A stretch of DNA of 64,000 nt from NCBI GenBank assembly GCA_036161535.1, contig JAYYCW010000059.1, positions 203 to 64,202 of the forward strand, given 5' to 3'. This document shows, in pieces, positions 61,749 to 64,000 of this stretch (positions are counted from its first letter, which is position 1; each line of letters starts with the position of its first letter). The translations under genes were made by a program, and so were the position numbers. This DNA is from Bacteroidota bacterium. Lineage in GTDB: Bacteria; Bacteroidota; Bacteroidia; Flavobacteriales; Flavobacteriaceae. The notes beneath the pieces are model-generated. The model was not told where the DNA came from. It did no database searches and saw only the letters and a list, made by a program, of their open reading frames with translations.

Positions 61749-62533
61749 TGATGAGTGGATTGACAAAAAAAAATTTAAAGAAATTAAATTCAAAAAGAGG
61801 TTTAAAACTTTTTTTGAAGGACAACGATATGACTGTGGCCAAGGCCCTTCGTATTTTAAACTATGAGGCAAAGTTAAAAAAGCTTCAGGAGGAGCTCATC
61901 GCAATGCAGCAGTGGGTGGAAGCTAAAGGAGAAAAACTCGTAGTTATATTTGAAGGGCGAGATGCGGCCGGTAAAGGTGGCGCTATTCGAAGAATTACCC
62001 AAAATTTAAATCCCCGTGAATTCGATGTTGTGGCTCTCCCAAAACCCACACCCGAAGAAAAAAGCCAATGGTATTTTCAGCGTTACATTAAAAATTTACC
62101 GCGCAGTGGTCAAATCACCTTTTTTGACCGCAGTTGGTATAACCGTGCGGTAGTTGAACCGGTCAATGGATTTTGTACAACAGAGGAGTATGCTATTTTT
62201 ATGAATCAAGTCAATGATTTTGAAAAAATGCTGGTAGATTCCGGCGTGCGCTTGGTCAAGTTTTACTTTTCCATTTCTAGAGATGAACAAGCCCGTCGTT
62301 TCAAAGACATCAAGACCAGTCCTGTCAAGAAATGGAAATTTAGCAATGTAGATCAGGCGGCACTGGGACTATGGGACGTCTATACTGATTATAAGACGAA
62401 AATGTTTGAAAAAACAGATACAGATTTTGCCCCTTGGATGGTCATAAAGGCCAACAAGAAAATGCGGGCAAGAGTTGAGGTTATTCAAAGGCTTTTGGAC
62501 ATCATTCCCTACAGTAGTGATACTTCCAAGTAG
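61748..62533 (+). CDS. ppk2: Polyphosphate kinase 2 (class I type), copy 2
   Basis: FEGRDAAGKGG, FDRSWYNRAVVE, WKFSNVD; TAATG stop/start overlap with copy 1. Confidence 0.95.
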   Translation: MMSGLTKKNLKKLNSKRGLKLFLKDNDMTVAKALRILNYEAKLKKLQEELIAMQQWVEAKGEKLVVIFEGRDAAGKGGAIRRITQNLNPREFDVVALPKPTPEEKSQWYFQRYIKNLPRSGQITFFDRSWYNRAVVEPVNGFCTTEEYAIFMNQVNDFEKMLVDSGVRLVKFYFSISRDEQARRFKDIKTSPVKKWKFSNVDQAALGLWDVYTDYKTKMFEKTDTDFAPWMVIKANKKMRARVEVIQRLLDIIPYSSDTSK

Positions 62534-62541
62534 TTTTCTAA

Positions 62542-63237
62542 TTAAGCTTTTAAGGACTCTATAAAATCTTCAATGCTCATGGCATCATTTACTGAAAAGT
62601 CTCCGATACTTGTTCGTCGAAGTGCCGAAAGGTGTCCGCCAGATTTTAGAGCGTTACCAAAGTCGTGTGCCAATGAGCGAATGTAGGTGCCTTTACTGCA
62701 CTTGATTTGAAAATCGACTTCTAAGTTCCTAATGTCGTTAATTTTAAAGCTATAAACATTAACTTGACGCGCACTAATGGAAACCTCTTTACCGGCTCTG
62801 GCAAATTCATATAGCCGTTTACCCTCTTTTTTTAAGGCGGAATAGAGGGGAGGGTACTGCATAATTTCACCCTCAAATTCTTTGGCGGTTTTAAGAATCA
62901 ACGGCTTTGTAATGTGATGGGTCGCAAACTGCTGATGGATTGCTGTTTCTAAATCGAAGGAGGGCGTGGAACTTCCCAATGCAATGGTGCCAGAATACCC
63001 TTTGGTTTGGGTTTGAAATTTTTCAATTTGTTTCGTCATTTTTCCAGTACAAATTATTAAAAGCCCTGTTGCTAAAGGATCTAATGTCCCAGCATGACCA
63101 ACCTTTATTTTTTTAATATCAAAAGTTTTTTGGATGTGCCAACGAATTTTGTTGACCACTTGGAAAGAGGTCCATTTTAAAGGCTTATCAATCAATAATA
63201 ATTCCCCTTTTTCATATGCCTCGAGTGTTTTTGTCAT
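62542..63237 (-). CDS. truB: tRNA pseudouridine(55) synthase
   Basis: DKP, KVGHAGTLDPLATG, CSKGTYIRSL. Confidence 0.97.
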   Translation of the reverse strand: MTKTLEAYEKGELLLIDKPLKWTSFQVVNKIRWHIQKTFDIKKIKVGHAGTLDPLATGLLIICTGKMTKQIEKFQTQTKGYSGTIALGSSTPSFDLETAIHQQFATHHITKPLILKTAKEFEGEIMQYPPLYSALKKEGKRLYEFARAGKEVSISARQVNVYSFKINDIRNLEVDFQIKCSKGTYIRSLAHDFGNALKSGGHLSALRRTSIGDFSVNDAMSIEDFIESLKA

Positions 63238-64000
63238 TTAAAAAAAAGTGGACATTATAACTACCAATCCAACTGCAGCACAGTAGATGGCAAAATACTT
63301 CAATTGGCTTTTTTTAACCATACGAATCATCCAGCTACAGGCAATCAATCCAGAAAAGAATGCGGCTATAAAGCCCAATGAAAGACTTGTAAATTGACCG
63401 CTGCTGTAAGCCAATTCACCGCTTAAAATGTCTTTGAATATTTTTCCAAAAATTAAAGGAATGACCATTAAAAATGAGAACCGAGCGGCTTTCGTTTTAT
63501 CAATCCCCAGCAAAACAGCTGTGGAAATCGTAGCACCAGACCTTGAGATACCTGGAAGCATCGCCAGCGCTTGGGAAATACCTATAATAAAAGCGCTTCT
63601 ATGTTCCACTTGTTTTATGGTGTTGGTTGCGCGGTCCGCCAACAGTAAAAGCAATCCCGTAATCAAGAGCATCGCACCTACAAGAAGAATATTATTTGAA
63701 AACAGGGCTTCTAGTTTTTTTTCAAAAAAAAGACCAACCATTACCGCTGGAAACATTGACACAATTATTTTCACAATAAATTGAGTGTTGGTATTCCATT
63801 GGAATTTTAGCAAATCAGAGATAATTTCGAATATATCCTCTCGGAAAACAATCACTGTACTCAAAGCGGTTGCGAAGTGAAGTACCACTGTAAAAAGCAT
63901 ACTTTCTTTGGGGATAGATGAGTCGCCAAGAACAATTTTCCCCAATTCTAAATGTCCACTTGAGGAGACGGGTAAAAATTCTGTAAACCCTTGTACAATC
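63238..64000 (-). CDS. uppP: Undecaprenyl-diphosphatase, 5' end beyond window
   Basis: Frame extends to the window end (IVQGFTEFLPVSSSGHL); PGISRSGATI, ARFSFL. Confidence 0.95.
   Translation of the reverse strand, partial: IVQGFTEFLPVSSSGHLELGKIVLGDSSIPKESMLFTVVLHFATALSTVIVFREDIFEIISDLLKFQWNTNTQFIVKIIVSMFPAVMVGLFFEKKLEALFSNNILLVGAMLLITGLLLLLADRATNTIKQVEHRSAFIIGISQALAMLPGISRSGATISTAVLLGIDKTKAARFSFLMVIPLIFGKIFKDILSGELAYSSGQFTSLSLGFIAAFFSGLIACSWMIRMVKKSQLKYFAIYCAAVGLVVIMSTFF

Noticed and set aside
794-63784. Many short 60-130 aa ORFs in the track that are antisense to or nested within recognised genes (e.g. 2051-2410, 7699-8079, 50418-50720, 59119-59490)
   Set aside because: Shadow ORFs of well-conserved genes, with no motifs or independent expression signals
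1-64000. CRISPR arrays, tRNA/rRNA genes, transposases, integrases, prophage genes
   Set aside because: None seen: no repeat-spacer periodicity, cloverleaf patterns or mobile-element ORFs

Overview
AT-rich, gene-dense chromosomal segment of a Flavobacteriaceae-type bacterium (Bacteroidota). The assignment rests on repeated TAnnTTTG -7 promoter boxes, absence of Shine-Dalgarno motifs, a GLPGLI gene, an alpha2-type GlyRS and a DAHP synthase-chorismate mutase fusion. Content is mostly housekeeping: waaA (partial), DegT-family aminotransferase, lspA-fabD-folA-thyA-nupC, etfAB, pdhB, hppA, metK, the aromatic amino-acid operon, rsgA-dtd-aroA-queA-rlmN, glyQS, sdhCAB, M16 peptidases, rplU-rpmA, ahcY, pnuC/NadR-like genes, a TPP-riboswitch TonB-dependent receptor, greA, two ppk2 genes, truB and uppP (partial). 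I saw no mobile elements, CRISPR arrays, tRNA or rRNA genes. Notable items: (1) a membrane pyrophosphatase fused in frame to a complete Mip/FklB-type FKBP isomerase; (2) an unannotated 22-aa Phe/Tyr/Trp-rich leader peptide with terminator and antiterminator ahead of the pheA-aminotransferase-tyrA-aroF/CM operon; (3) a SAM-II riboswitch on metK; (4) L21 with a C-terminal Rho_N-like domain; (5) two probable eroded gene remnants (comF-like, flavin-reductase-like); (6) several palindromic operator-like sites. All family assignments come from motif recognition by eye; no database search was run.
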